In this document: positions 19,873 to 29,622 of the stretch, piece after piece
Layout of the letters: every line of letters starts with the position of its first letter
Numbering within the stretch: the first letter of the stretch is position 1
Assembly (NCBI GenBank): GCA_965364515.1
Contig: CBDTXZ010000002.1
Span: 1-49,743, forward strand
Direction of reading: 5' to 3'
DNA from: an uncultured bacterium
GTDB taxonomy: Bacteria > Actinomycetota > Acidimicrobiia > Spongiisociales > ZC4RG35
DNA length: 49,743 nt
Made by a program: the position numbers and the translations under genes
The notes under the pieces: model-generated
Databases searched by the model: none
What the model saw: the letters and a program-made list of their open reading frames with translations, nothing else
Told to the model about the DNA's origin: nothing

Positions 19873-21500
19873 AGCTCGATGACCACCGGGAGGATCACTG
19901 GCTTGCGTGACAGCTCGGCGCGGAGCACGCGCTGGGCCGCCTGCTTGACGGTCTGCTGAATCGCCGAGTGGTCGTAGCTTCCGGCACCCGAGCGATCCTG
20001 CACCGCCTGGCGCACAGCGTTGGCGGCCTTCTCGAGGACGCCCTCCGGCTCGTCCATGACACCGTGGCTGTCGAGATCCGGGCCGTAGACGATCTCGCCC
20101 GTTTCGTGCTTGACCGCAACGGTGACGACCACCACGCCCTCGTCGGCCAGGTGTCCGCGGTCTCTGAGAACGCCCTTCTGGACGTCGCCGTAGCTGTCGC
20201 CATCGAGATACACGTAGCCGGCGGGGACAGCCCGACGCTCGACCCGGGTCTTGTTCCCGTCGACGACCACGGCGTCGCCGTCTTCGAGCACATCGACCCA
20301 CGGAACATCCATCATCCGCGCCAGGCGGGCATGGGCGGCGAGGTGCCGGTACTCACCGTGGACGGGTACGAACGCCTGCGGTCGGATCACGTTGAGGAAG
20401 GTCAACAGCTCCTCGCGATTGGCGTGCCCGGAGACGTGCACGTTGGCATTGCGTCCATGGAAGACGGTCGCGCCCCGCTTGATGAGGCGTGAGATCACCT
20501 TCGAGACCGCCGTCTCGTTGCCGGGGATCGGTGTCGCGCTGATGAGGATCGTGTCGCTGTCGGTGAGGTCGACGAACTTGTGCCTGCCCTGGGCCATGAG
20601 CGAGAGCGCCGCGAACGGCTCGCCCTGGCTGCCGGTCGTGATCAGCAGCTGCTGGTGCTCAGGGAGTTTCATGAGGTCTTTGATGTCGACGACCGCATCG
20701 GATGGGAGGTCGAGGACGCCGAGATCCCTCCCGACATCGGTGTTGCGATGCATCGACCGACCGAAGAAGGCCACCTTCCGTCCCGTCGAGATGCCGGCGT
20801 CGGCGATCTGTTGGACTCGGTGGACGTGAGACGAGAAGCAGGCGGCGATCACACGGGCGGGGCTGTCGCGGATGATGTCGCGGATGGGATCGCCGAGCGA
20901 GCTCTCCGAAGGGACGAAACCGGGGTTCTCGGCGTTGGTCGAATCGGAGAGCAGCAGGCGTACATCACCCAGCTCGGCGAAGGCGGCGAGATCGGTTGGA
21001 CGCCCATCGATCGGCGTCGGGTCGAGCTTGAAGTCCCCGGAGTGGACGATCATGCCCTCGGGGGTGTCGAAGGCGATGCCGGACGCGTCCGGCACGGAGT
21101 GGCTGACCGGGATCATCTTGAACGTGAAGGGCCCGTGCTTTCGCCATTCGAGCTGTTCGACAGGGTGAAGATGCGCTTCGATCCCCATCTCCTCGATGCG
21201 CCCTCTGGCCAGCTCGAGGCTGAGCTTGGTCCCGTAGACGGGGACGTTGATGTCGCGCAGGAAATAGGCGAGCGCGCCGATGTGGTCTTCGTGGCCGTGC
21301 GTGAGGACGACGAACTCCACGTCGCCGGCTCGTTCGACCATCCAGCTCCAGTCGGCGAAGACGAGGTCGACGCCGAGCATGTCCTCCTCGGGGAACATGA
21401 GGCCGCAGTCGATGAGGGCCAGTTTCCCGTCGATCTCGATCGCGGCGGAGTTCCGCCCGATCTCTCCGAGACCGCCGAGGAAGGTGATGCGAACACTCAT
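19869..21500 (-). CDS. rnj: ribonuclease J (metallo-beta-lactamase / beta-CASP)
   Basis: The HGHEDHIGA motif and beta-CASP region are present, and the dapA-rnj-ftsK neighbourhood is conserved in actinobacteria. The start is trimmed to MSVRITFLGG at 21500. Confidence 0.9.
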   Translation of the reverse strand: MSVRITFLGGLGEIGRNSAAIEIDGKLALIDCGLMFPEEDMLGVDLVFADWSWMVERAGDVEFVVLTHGHEDHIGALAYFLRDINVPVYGTKLSLELARGRIEEMGIEAHLHPVEQLEWRKHGPFTFKMIPVSHSVPDASGIAFDTPEGMIVHSGDFKLDPTPIDGRPTDLAAFAELGDVRLLLSDSTNAENPGFVPSESSLGDPIRDIIRDSPARVIAACFSSHVHRVQQIADAGISTGRKVAFFGRSMHRNTDVGRDLGVLDLPSDAVVDIKDLMKLPEHQQLLITTGSQGEPFAALSLMAQGRHKFVDLTDSDTILISATPIPGNETAVSKVISRLIKRGATVFHGRNANVHVSGHANREELLTFLNVIRPQAFVPVHGEYRHLAAHARLARMMDVPWVDVLEDGDAVVVDGNKTRVERRAVPAGYVYLDGDSYGDVQKGVLRDRGHLADEGVVVVTVAVKHETGEIVYGPDLDSHGVMDEPEGVLEKAANAVRQAVQDRSGAGSYDHSAIQQTVKQAAQRVLRAELSRKPVILPVVIEL

Positions 21501-21540
21501 GGTTGAAACACTCCAGTTTCGATAGAAGACGACGTCAGGG

Positions 21541-22425
21541 TCACACCGTGACGTCTTGCAGCGCTGCGAGCGCCGCTCCGACCGCATCCACCGTTTCGGG
21601 GAGCGCTTCGGCGACAGGTGGTCGGGGTCGCCCGACCGGCTCCCACCATTTCGCCATCGCTGCCTTCACCGGTGCCGGATTCGACTCGGTGAAGAGGGCG
21701 TTGCAGAGCGGGAGCAACCTGAGATGAAGCCTACGAGCTTCATCGAAGTTGCCCGCATCGGCGGCGTGCACCATGTCGGCGACCTGCCGACCTGCGAGGT
21801 GGGAGACCACAGAGACGACGCCGATCGCCCCCACGGCCATCATCGCAAGGGTGTAACTGTCCTGGCCGGAATACACGGCAAGATCCGGAACGTCGTGGAC
21901 CGTCTGCGACGTGTGATCGATGTCCATCACGGCGTCTTTGACGGCCACGATCCTGTCGTGAGCCGCGAGCTCTGCGAGCGTGCGCACCTCGATGAGCCGA
22001 CCGGTTCGCCCCGGGATGTTGTACAGGAGCACCGGCAGATCGGTGGCGTCGGCGATCATGGTGAAGTGCGTGGCCAGTCCCCGCTGCTCGGGTTTCGAGT
22101 AGTAGGGCGTCACGGCCATGAGACCGTCGACACCGACGTCGGCTGCGCGCTTGGACAGTTCCACAGACTCTCTGGTGTCGTAGGTGCCGGTGCCGGCGAC
22201 GACGACCGCCCGGTCACCGACCGCGCGCTTCACGGAGCTGAAGAGGCCGACCTTCTCGTCGGCACTGAGCGTGGGCGACTCGCCGGTGGTCCCGGCCACG
22301 ACGATGCCCTCCGAACCCGTTTCGACGAGATGGCGTGCGAGACGGTCGACCCGGTCTTCGTCGATTCGCCCGTCGTCCGTGAATGGCGTGATCATCGCCG
22401 TCAGAACCCGACCGAAGGGGGGCAT
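21541..22425 (-). CDS. dapA: 4-hydroxy-tetrahydrodipicolinate synthase
   Basis: DapA-like along its full length (GIVVAGTTGESPTLS, YNIPGRTG, VAVKDA). Confidence 0.9.
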   Translation of the reverse strand: MPPFGRVLTAMITPFTDDGRIDEDRVDRLARHLVETGSEGIVVAGTTGESPTLSADEKVGLFSSVKRAVGDRAVVVAGTGTYDTRESVELSKRAADVGVDGLMAVTPYYSKPEQRGLATHFTMIADATDLPVLLYNIPGRTGRLIEVRTLAELAAHDRIVAVKDAVMDIDHTSQTVHDVPDLAVYSGQDSYTLAMMAVGAIGVVSVVSHLAGRQVADMVHAADAGNFDEARRLHLRLLPLCNALFTESNPAPVKAAMAKWWEPVGRPRPPVAEALPETVDAVGAALAALQDVTV

Positions 22426-22539
22426 GTGATCCTCGTGCTCTCTCTCGATTCGCCACCACGCATCCTACCCAGGTCGCGCTGCCGGCCCGGGGCATGCAGC
22501 CTTCGGTGATATCCGGCGGCGGCGGGTACATTGACGTCC

Positions 22540-23370
22540 ATGGTTTCGAGCGTCATCGATGTGGGCACGGCGGACTTCACGAGCGCCGTGCTGCAGACAT
22601 CCCATCAGATACCGGTCGTCGTCGATCTCTGGGCCGAATGGTGCGGTCCGTGCAAGGTGCTGGGCCCGATCCTCGAGAAGGCCGCGACCGAGGATGACGG
22701 CAGCTGGCTGCTCGCCAAGCTCGACGTCGATCAAAATCCCCAGATCGCCCAGCAACTCGGAGTGCAAGGCATCCCGACCGTCGTTGCGTTCAAGGACGGC
22801 AAAGAAGTGGACCGCTTCACCGGAGCCGTCCCGGAGGCCCAGGTGCGGGCGTTCTTGGACCGGCTCCTGCCATCCCAGCTCGACATCGCCACCGCACGGG
22901 GTGACGCTGCGCTGGACGCAGGCGACACCGAGGCCGCTGCCCAGATCTATCGGTCGGTGCTCTCCGAAGACCCGTCGCACCAGGACGCCGGCCTCTCGCT
23001 CGCCGGCCTGCTCCTCGAAGAAGACGATCGCGACGGCGCCCTCGAGGTGCTCGACCGATTGGCACCCACCGAGGCCGTCAAACAGCTCCAGGCCTATGCA
23101 CGGCTCGGAAGCGAGGTCGGCGATCTGAGTTCGCTGGAGGCGGCCGCAGAATCCGGTGGGCCCGAAGCCCGGCTCGCACTCGGTCGGGCGCAGGCGGCGG
23201 CAGGTGACTCCGAGACGGCGATCGACACCCTCATGGGGGTGATCGGCGAACGCACCGATCCCGAGTCCGACGAGGCGCGGTCGGTGCTGCTGGATCTGTT
23301 CGAGCTGCTCGGAGGCGACAACGCCAAGGTCTCAGAGACGCGCCGTCGTCTCGCCAACGGCCTGTACTGA
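22540..23370 (+). CDS. thioredoxin-domain protein with C-terminal TPR-like region (YbbN-like co-chaperone)
   Basis: WAEWCGPCK active site followed by a helical repeat region of about 170 aa. ATG at 22540 (the track ORF begins at a TTG at 22531). Confidence 0.8.
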   Translation: MVSSVIDVGTADFTSAVLQTSHQIPVVVDLWAEWCGPCKVLGPILEKAATEDDGSWLLAKLDVDQNPQIAQQLGVQGIPTVVAFKDGKEVDRFTGAVPEAQVRAFLDRLLPSQLDIATARGDAALDAGDTEAAAQIYRSVLSEDPSHQDAGLSLAGLLLEEDDRDGALEVLDRLAPTEAVKQLQAYARLGSEVGDLSSLEAAAESGGPEARLALGRAQAAAGDSETAIDTLMGVIGERTDPESDEARSVLLDLFELLGGDNAKVSETRRRLANGLY

Positions 23371-23438
23371 GCGGGCCGACTGCAGGGAGCGGGGCATCGT
23401 TGCCTACGCTGGTGTCTTCCCATCCGTGAGGACCAACC

Positions 23439-23948
23439 ATGGCGAAGAGCTACGCCTCAGCACCAGACATGACCATCGACCTCTCGAAGTCGTATTCGGC
23501 GAAGATCGAGACCAATCTCGGTGACATCGAGATCGACCTGCTCGCCGAGCGGTCGCCTTTGACCGTCAACAACTTCGTGTTTCTGGCCCGGGACGGCTTC
23601 TACGACGACGTGATCTTCCATCGCGTGATCTCTGGCTTCATGATCCAGGGCGGTGACCCGACCGGAACCGGCCGTGGCGGGCCCGGATATCGATTCCGGG
23701 ACGAGACCGAGGGCGCAGGCGACTACAGCCGCGGAACGGTCGCGATGGCGAATGCCGGTCCGAACACGAACGGCAGCCAGTTCTTCATCTGCCATGGGGA
23801 CGCTCCGCTCCCCCACAGCTACACGATCTTCGGGAAGGTGACGTCGGGCATGGACACCGTCGACGCCATCGCCGCGCTCGACACCGACCGCGCCGACCGC
23901 CCCTCGACCGACGCCACCATGAAGAGCGTCACCATCACCGAGAGCTGA
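23439..23948 (+). CDS. peptidyl-prolyl cis-trans isomerase, cyclophilin type
   Basis: FHRVISGFMIQGGDP and MANAGPNTNGSQFFI motifs. A GAGGA SD lies upstream. Confidence 0.9.
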   Translation: MAKSYASAPDMTIDLSKSYSAKIETNLGDIEIDLLAERSPLTVNNFVFLARDGFYDDVIFHRVISGFMIQGGDPTGTGRGGPGYRFRDETEGAGDYSRGTVAMANAGPNTNGSQFFICHGDAPLPHSYTIFGKVTSGMDTVDAIAALDTDRADRPSTDATMKSVTITES

Positions 23949-23954
23949 TTCCCT

Positions 23955-23997
23955 TCTTGTGACGCAAACAGCGGTATTAGCCACGTTTGCGTCACAA
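23955..23997 (+). terminator. perfect 14-bp stem hairpin downstream of the PPIase gene
   Basis: CTTGTGACGCAAAC (23955-23968), a 15-nt AT-rich loop, then GTTTGCGTCACAAG (23984-23997). It starts 7 nt after the stop codon. No U-tract follows. Confidence 0.4.
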
Positions 23998-24011
23998 GAA
24001 CGGTTGCCGAC

Positions 24012-24395
24012 GTGACCGACGAGACCACCGACGAGGGCTTCGGGTGCAGGCCGACTGCGAACGCGTTCGGCCTGCTGGCCGTGTTCGTCGTCGTGGCGGC
24101 CACGGTGGGCGTTTCGCTGGCGCTTCGCCCCGGATGTGACGGGATCTGTGAAACCGCCGGCTTCACCCTCTATGCGGCCGCGTTGCCCATCTCGGCGCTG
24201 TTCGCCTTCTTCGCGGGAGACCTGCCCTTGGCATGGCCGCTCGACACGACCTTCTGGATCATCGCCGCATTCGGCATCGGGAGGTTCGCCGAGCTGAAGC
24301 GCATGACCGTGCCTGCCGTGGTGACACGGGCAGCCATCATCGCCCTGGTCTACGGCTTCGTGGTCTCGCTGTTCCTGGAGTCGGTAGAAGCCTGA
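24012..24395 (+). CDS. hypothetical small membrane protein
   Basis: 127-aa ORF (GTG start) with 3-4 hydrophobic helices. Confidence 0.4.
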   Translation: MTDETTDEGFGCRPTANAFGLLAVFVVVAATVGVSLALRPGCDGICETAGFTLYAAALPISALFAFFAGDLPLAWPLDTTFWIIAAFGIGRFAELKRMTVPAVVTRAAIIALVYGFVVSLFLESVEA

Positions 24396-24407
24396 CGCCC
24401 CGGCCGT

Positions 24408-25157
24408 TCAAAACCCGAGGGCGGTCTCCAGCCCGACGTGGACCCCGGTCAGCCCGCCGACATGGCCCACGGCGGTCAGGACCCCGGGCATGAACGACGC
24501 TCGGTCCGTCGAGTCGTGGCGAATGGTGAGCAGCTCCCCCAGATTCCCGAGCAGCACCTCCTGGTGCGCAACCAGGCCGGGAAGTCGGACCGAATGGATG
24601 CGGACTCCTCCGACCTCGCCACCGAGCACGCCGGCAGTCTTCTCCTCGGAGTCCCGGCGCCGCGCCTGGTTCGGATTCGCCTCGGCCATCCGCTCCGCCG
24701 TCGACCGGGCCGTCCCCGACGGGGCGTCGACCTTCTCGTCGTGGTGGAGTTCGATGATCTCCGATGCCCGGAAGTAGGGCGCCGCCATCTCCGCGAACCG
24801 CATCATGAGCACGGCGCCCACCGAGAAGTTGGGCACGATGAGACAGCCGAGCTCTTCAGGCCACACCGCCTCGATCTCCGATGCCGAGACGCCGGACGTC
24901 CCGACGACGACATGACAGCCGAACCCTCCCCAGCGTTGCACGTTCTCCAGCACGACATCGGGAACGGTGGACTCGACGACGACGTCTGCCGGCCGGCAGA
25001 CGTCGGGATCGTCCGAGACGGTCAGAGCGCCGATCCGCTCACCGGCGTGGCCCGGCCCGTAGAGGCCGACGACTTCGAACTGGTCGGACTCCGACAGCGC
25101 CCCGACGATCAATCGACCCATGCGACCTGCAGCCCCGGACACGGCGACTTTCGTCAT
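24408..25157 (-). CDS. dapB: 4-hydroxy-tetrahydrodipicolinate reductase
   Basis: MTKVAVSGAAGRMGR Rossmann start and the ELHHDEKVDAPSGTA motif. The ATG at 25157 overlaps the M16 peptidase stop (ATGA). The upstream part of track ORF 24408..25646 is spurious. Confidence 0.9.
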   Translation of the reverse strand: MTKVAVSGAAGRMGRLIVGALSESDQFEVVGLYGPGHAGERIGALTVSDDPDVCRPADVVVESTVPDVVLENVQRWGGFGCHVVVGTSGVSASEIEAVWPEELGCLIVPNFSVGAVLMMRFAEMAAPYFRASEIIELHHDEKVDAPSGTARSTAERMAEANPNQARRRDSEEKTAGVLGGEVGGVRIHSVRLPGLVAHQEVLLGNLGELLTIRHDSTDRASFMPGVLTAVGHVGGLTGVHVGLETALGF

Positions 25158-26413
25158 CGGAGGTGCTTTTCGAAGTCGGCGGCATCGAACGGCCCGACGG
25201 CGCCGATGACCTTCGGGCCCGCCAGCACCGTCTCGGCGACCGTGCGGACGTCGTCGAGCGTGACCGCCTCGACTCGTTCGATTCGCTCGTCGACGCTGAG
25301 ATGGTCGAAGCCGATCATCTCGGCACGACCGAGACGCACCATGCGGCTCGAAGAGTCCTCCATCGACAGGGCGAGGCTCCCCCGCATCGCCCCTCGGGCG
25401 CGCTCGAGCTCCTGATCGGTGATGCCGTCGGCGATGACGGACTCGAGCTCTCGGTGCACGAGCTCGAGCACGGTGTCGACCTGATCCGGCGTGGTCCCGG
25501 CGTAGATCCCCCACGTCCCGGCGTCTGCGTACGAGGTCTTGAACGAGTAGACCGAGTAGGTGAGGCCGTGCTCCTCTCGAATGGTGGTGAACAGCCGCGA
25601 CGACATGCCGCCGCCGAGAACGAGGTTCAGGACGTCGAACGCCCATCTGCGATCGTCCGACCGGTCGATGCCAGACCCCCCGAGAATGACGTGCGCCGCC
25701 TCGGTGTCGCGTTCGACCAGACGCACGGTCTCTCGCGGGTGGATCGTTGCGTATTCGTGATCGAGCGGCTCACCAGACCAGTCTCCGAACAGCTCACCCG
25801 CCTGTGCAACCACGTCGTCGTGGTCGACCGAGCCGGCGAGAGCGATCACCACCGAACCCGCTCCGTAGCGGCGCTTCCAGTAGCCGTGGATGTCATCGCG
25901 GGTCATGCCCCGGACGGACTCCCGGGTTCCCAGGACCGGCGCCTCGAGCGGATGGCCTTCGAAAACGGTCGCCATGAAGAGCTCGAATGCGACATCCGAC
26001 GGATCGTCCTCGGCCATGTTGATCTCTTCGATCACGACCTGGCGCTCGGCATCGATCTCCTTCGCCCGGAACGCGGGCCGTTGCAGCATCTCGGACAACA
26101 TGCCGAGACCGTCGGGCAGGTCTTCGTCGAGCAGGCGTGCCCAGAAGCAGGTGTGGTCCTTGCTCGTGAAGGCGTTCGACTCGGCGCCCATGGCATCGAA
26201 CCGCTCGGAGATCTCTCTGGACGACAGCGATTCCGACCCTTTGAAGAGCAGGTGTTCGAGAAAGTGCGATGCCCCGGCCTCGTTGGTGTTCTCGTCACGG
26301 GTGCCGGTGTCGACCCAGCAACCCACGGCAACGGAGCGGATGCCGGGCATGTTCTCGGTGATGACCCTCAACCCGTTGGGGAGCGTCGTGAGCTGGTAGT
26401 GCATCGGGGCCAT
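25154..26413 (-). CDS. M16-family (pitrilysin/insulinase) zinc peptidase
   Basis: Inverted zinc motif HFLEH (GASHFLEHLLFKG). The position next to dapB is conserved in actinobacteria. The start is either 26413 or 26404. Confidence 0.85.
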   Translation of the reverse strand: MAPMHYQLTTLPNGLRVITENMPGIRSVAVGCWVDTGTRDENTNEAGASHFLEHLLFKGSESLSSREISERFDAMGAESNAFTSKDHTCFWARLLDEDLPDGLGMLSEMLQRPAFRAKEIDAERQVVIEEINMAEDDPSDVAFELFMATVFEGHPLEAPVLGTRESVRGMTRDDIHGYWKRRYGAGSVVIALAGSVDHDDVVAQAGELFGDWSGEPLDHEYATIHPRETVRLVERDTEAAHVILGGSGIDRSDDRRWAFDVLNLVLGGGMSSRLFTTIREEHGLTYSVYSFKTSYADAGTWGIYAGTTPDQVDTVLELVHRELESVIADGITDQELERARGAMRGSLALSMEDSSSRMVRLGRAEMIGFDHLSVDERIERVEAVTLDDVRTVAETVLAGPKVIGAVGPFDAADFEKHLR

Positions 26414-26543
26414 GGTACGGAACGCGATGACCAAGGAGATACCGGTGTTCGAGCGGTACCCTCATTGCGTGACCCAGCCCGATCAGACCGACTCCCCTCC
26501 GGCCCCGACGCAGCCGTCCGGCCGGCTCCGCCGCCAGTCGGGC

Positions 26544-27185
26544 ATGGACCGGATCGGCAGGGTGATCCTGATCGGTCTCGGCATCGCCACCCTGATCCTG
26601 GTCGGGTCGCTCGCCTACATCGCAGGCAAGGCCGCCGAGACGGTCGCGAACCTCGATGAGCGCACGGCCGTCATCACCGGCGAGGGTGAGTTCACCCGTC
26701 TGGGGCCGGTGACCGCTCAGTCATTGCGTGAGCTCTCCGAACTGACCACCGTCGAGATCATCCAGTACACCACGATCGAGAAGGGAGACGATCGCGGCTG
26801 GCTCAATTGGGCGGCGGGCGATCAGATCTCGATGTTCGTGGTCGCCTCGATCGGCGCCGGTGTCGATCTCGCCGAGCTGGACGACGACGACATTCTCGCC
26901 GATCCGGAAACGGGCGAGGCGGTGGTCCGTCTCCCGGCTGCCGACATCACCTACGTCGCCCCAGACACCGAGGCCACCCACGTCTACAACCGCCAGACTG
27001 GTGTCTTCACGAAGGGCGATCCGGATCTCGAACGCTCGGCGCGCCTCGCCGCCGAGGACGTCCTGGTGAAACAGGCGCTCGAGGCCGGATTGCTGGAACG
27101 GGCCGAAGCCAGGGCAGTCTCGGTTCTGGAGGGCCTGATCCGCAGTCTCGGCTACACCGATGTGACGGTCGTCGTCGGGAACTGA
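26544..27185 (+). CDS. DUF4230-like membrane-anchored protein
   Basis: An N-terminal TM anchor (VILIGLGIATLILVGSLAYIAG) is followed by a soluble domain that resembles DUF4230 as I recall it. The start is uncertain (alternative ATG 26427). Confidence 0.5.
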   Translation: MDRIGRVILIGLGIATLILVGSLAYIAGKAAETVANLDERTAVITGEGEFTRLGPVTAQSLRELSELTTVEIIQYTTIEKGDDRGWLNWAAGDQISMFVVASIGAGVDLAELDDDDILADPETGEAVVRLPAADITYVAPDTEATHVYNRQTGVFTKGDPDLERSARLAAEDVLVKQALEAGLLERAEARAVSVLEGLIRSLGYTDVTVVVGN

Positions 27186-27316
27186 TCCACCGGCCTGCGG
27201 TATCCGGCATGCGGTGTGCGCCTCTTGGCCAGCACGCTCAGGCCAGAGCGCCGACCGACCGCGTATGCATGCCGTTGGAGTTGGCCCCCTACCTCCCCGG
27301 CTCGTTCCTCGCCGGA

Positions 27317-27395
27317 CAGGAACCTTCCCCCACTGCGTGGGGGACACCCTCGACCGCAGGAACCTTCCGCCGCTGCGTGGGGGACACCTCTACCG
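27317..27395. repeat. two tandem copies of a ~40-bp unit, each with an internal C5AC/GTG5 hairpin
   Basis: Copy 1 (27317-27356) is caggaaccttcccccactgcgtgggggacaccctcgaccg. Copy 2 (27357-27395) is caggaaccttccgccgctgcgtgggggacacctctaccg. They differ by 3 mismatches and 1 indel. CCCCCAC-tgc-GTGGGGG (27327-27343) is a perfect 7-bp inverted repeat. Confidence 0.85.
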
Positions 27396-27516
27396 TCCGA
27401 CCCACACCGCCTCGTGGAGCGCATACGGCATATGGCTTTCCGCAGGGCCTGTCTGTTCTCGAGCCGCGTCCTCAAAGAATCCCTCTGACTTGACGGGTGT
27501 GAGACAATGACCACTT

Positions 27517-29622
27517 ATGCGCGCTCGCAACACGACCGTTCTCCGAGACATGTTGCCCTCCGAAGAGGGCAACATCGAGCACGTCGTCACCAGGTACCAG
27601 CGGGTGGCGCCGGCGGTGACGCGGTTCGCCAGGAGCCTGGCGGGCAACGACAAACTCCGGGTTCGGCTCGGGGCCGAGTCGACCGCGTCCGACGACGAAG
27701 TGGTGTGCGACCCCCGGATCTTCCAGGCCGCCTACAACCGGGATGCGCCGGTCACGCCAGACGAGGTCGCCCTCGCCTCGGCGCTGCACGAGGTGGTCCA
27801 TCTGATCTCGACGGATCTGGAGGAGACCCGCGTCATCCCCGAGCACTGGCCGGTGAGTTCGGGGAGCGACATCGCCACGGACGTGCCCGTCGACCTGCTG
27901 TCCGCTATCGCCGCGGTTGGCGGTCCCCTCGTCGAGGCCATGTTCTTCACCCTGGAGGACGCCAGACAGGAGCGGGTGAGTCTGGACGTGTATCCCGGCG
28001 CCCGCTCCGTGCTCACCGACCTCTATCGCGCCGGCTTCACCGAATCGATGCGTCAGGCCGGTCCCCTCGCCCAGTTCGCCCTCAGCGTCTTTCTGCTCAC
28101 GGGTGGATACGCCGAACGTGATCGGCTCGAACGTCGCATCGACGCGAAGGCGGCCGTTGCACTGGCCGAGGCGCAGGAAGCGATCGACGAGACGATCGCC
28201 ACCACCGACCCGTGGGACGTCGCGGAACAGGCGATCGTCCTGATCGAGATCGCCAGGGCCAACGGTCTTCTGACGAAACTGAACGAGAAGCCGTCACCGG
28301 CGGAACGCAAGGCCCAGGAGCAGGTCGACGCCGATTCGGTGGCACAGGGAGTGGACCGGGTGAGGCTCACGTCCCCGATCGTGAGAGACGCCGAGAGCTA
28401 CAACGAGACCAAACGGGCCGCGCAGGCCCGCGCCGGGCTCTCGGACCGCAAGGGTGCGTCCGAACTCGGAGGCGACGCCTCGACCGATCAGCTCCTCAAG
28501 ATCTCCGAGGCGCCGACCGTCTTCCTACCGACGGGGCAGGGCGGCAAGGTGGTCGTGAGCAGACCGCCCGTCGCCTTCAACCGCTTCGCCTCGGAGGGCA
28601 GGGCGGCCATCTCCGAAGCCGCCAAACGTTGGGACGTCGCCCAGAGGGGGGTCTCGGGCGAGCTGTTCCCCCTCTTTGCGGCCAACCAGCGGCGTGGGCT
28701 CCGCTCTGGATACGACCAGGGCGACGTCTCCCCGCACTCTGCGCTCTTCATCGGGGCCGGCCTCTACACCCGCATGTATGAGCGTCGCGCTGCTCGGACC
28801 CGCCGGACCTATGCGGTCTCACTGTTGGTCGACGGCTCTGCTTCGATGCTCCAGCCCCGGACCGGTCAGAGCGGGCTCAAGTCGTCATGGGGCATGCCGA
28901 GCGCGTTGCTCGGCGCCTGGACGCTCGCTCGCCTCTGCGACGAGCTCCAGATCGATTTCGAGGTGGCCATCTTCAACCGGTCGTTTGCCGCCTCACCGGC
29001 CGACACCGAGTGGTCGTACACCCGGACTCGAAGTCAGGCGACCGCCGGTTTGCGCCAGACTCAGGGCAGCGCAGCCAAGCGGCTGACGACGACGGTGAAC
29101 CACTACCTCGCCAAGCCTTTCGATCGCCGGTGGCGCGAGGCAGAGGGTCTGATGGCTGGGATGTTCTACACCGCTGCCGAGCCGCGGGCGGCGTCCACCG
29201 CCGCACGACGAGATCCACGCACTGCCCCGCCCGTCTCGATGTTCGACAAGGCGTCGAATGTCGACGAGTTCAACCTCGTGGTGGCAGCCGAACGGATGGG
29301 TCGCCTGGGTGCCAACGTCCGGGTGCTCGTGGTGCTGGCCGACGGTATGACACGTGGCTCGCTCGATGGCCTGCAGAGCACTGTTGCCGATATCGAGCGA
29401 AACGGGACCACCGTGCTCGGGATCGGCATCGGTGACGACACGGTCTGTTCGGCCTACGAGCGGAATCAAGTCGTCGAGAGCCCCGACGAGCTGACTCGGG
29501 CGATGGTCGAAGGCGTGCGCTCGTCGCTCCGTCGCTCGCTCGCCAGAAGCGGAATGGACACTTGGTGGCTACGGAGCGCCCGACCCACCTCGAACATGTG
29601 GAAGGAGACCGCCAATGCCTGA
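27517..29622 (+). CDS. HExxH-motif + von Willebrand factor A (MIDAS) domain protein, CobT/NorD-like architecture
   Basis: HEVVH is encoded at 27787-27801 and preceded by DEVVCDPRIF, resembling the putative-metallopeptidase N-domain found with VWA proteins. The C-terminal VWA has a DGSAS MIDAS motif (28831-28845) and VLVVLADG. Length 701 aa. Confidence 0.7.
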   Translation: MRARNTTVLRDMLPSEEGNIEHVVTRYQRVAPAVTRFARSLAGNDKLRVRLGAESTASDDEVVCDPRIFQAAYNRDAPVTPDEVALASALHEVVHLISTDLEETRVIPEHWPVSSGSDIATDVPVDLLSAIAAVGGPLVEAMFFTLEDARQERVSLDVYPGARSVLTDLYRAGFTESMRQAGPLAQFALSVFLLTGGYAERDRLERRIDAKAAVALAEAQEAIDETIATTDPWDVAEQAIVLIEIARANGLLTKLNEKPSPAERKAQEQVDADSVAQGVDRVRLTSPIVRDAESYNETKRAAQARAGLSDRKGASELGGDASTDQLLKISEAPTVFLPTGQGGKVVVSRPPVAFNRFASEGRAAISEAAKRWDVAQRGVSGELFPLFAANQRRGLRSGYDQGDVSPHSALFIGAGLYTRMYERRAARTRRTYAVSLLVDGSASMLQPRTGQSGLKSSWGMPSALLGAWTLARLCDELQIDFEVAIFNRSFAASPADTEWSYTRTRSQATAGLRQTQGSAAKRLTTTVNHYLAKPFDRRWREAEGLMAGMFYTAAEPRAASTAARRDPRTAPPVSMFDKASNVDEFNLVVAAERMGRLGANVRVLVVLADGMTRGSLDGLQSTVADIERNGTTVLGIGIGDDTVCSAYERNQVVESPDELTRAMVEGVRSSLRRSLARSGMDTWWLRSARPTSNMWKETANA

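Noticed and set aside
27317-27395. CRISPR array
   Set aside because: There are only two directly abutting repeat copies with no spacers, and no cas genes in the window. The heptamer arrays at 30611-30692 and 49643-49743 also lack spacers.
27186-27516. Cobalamin riboswitch upstream of the CobT/CobS-like pair
   Set aside because: CCCCCACTGCG superficially resembles the CCCGCCACTG core. However, I cannot find the GGTG..AA..CC element or a B12 box (AGCCAGGAGACCTGCC-like) in the right order, and the motif is part of a direct duplication. A covariance-model scan (Rfam RF00174) would settle it.
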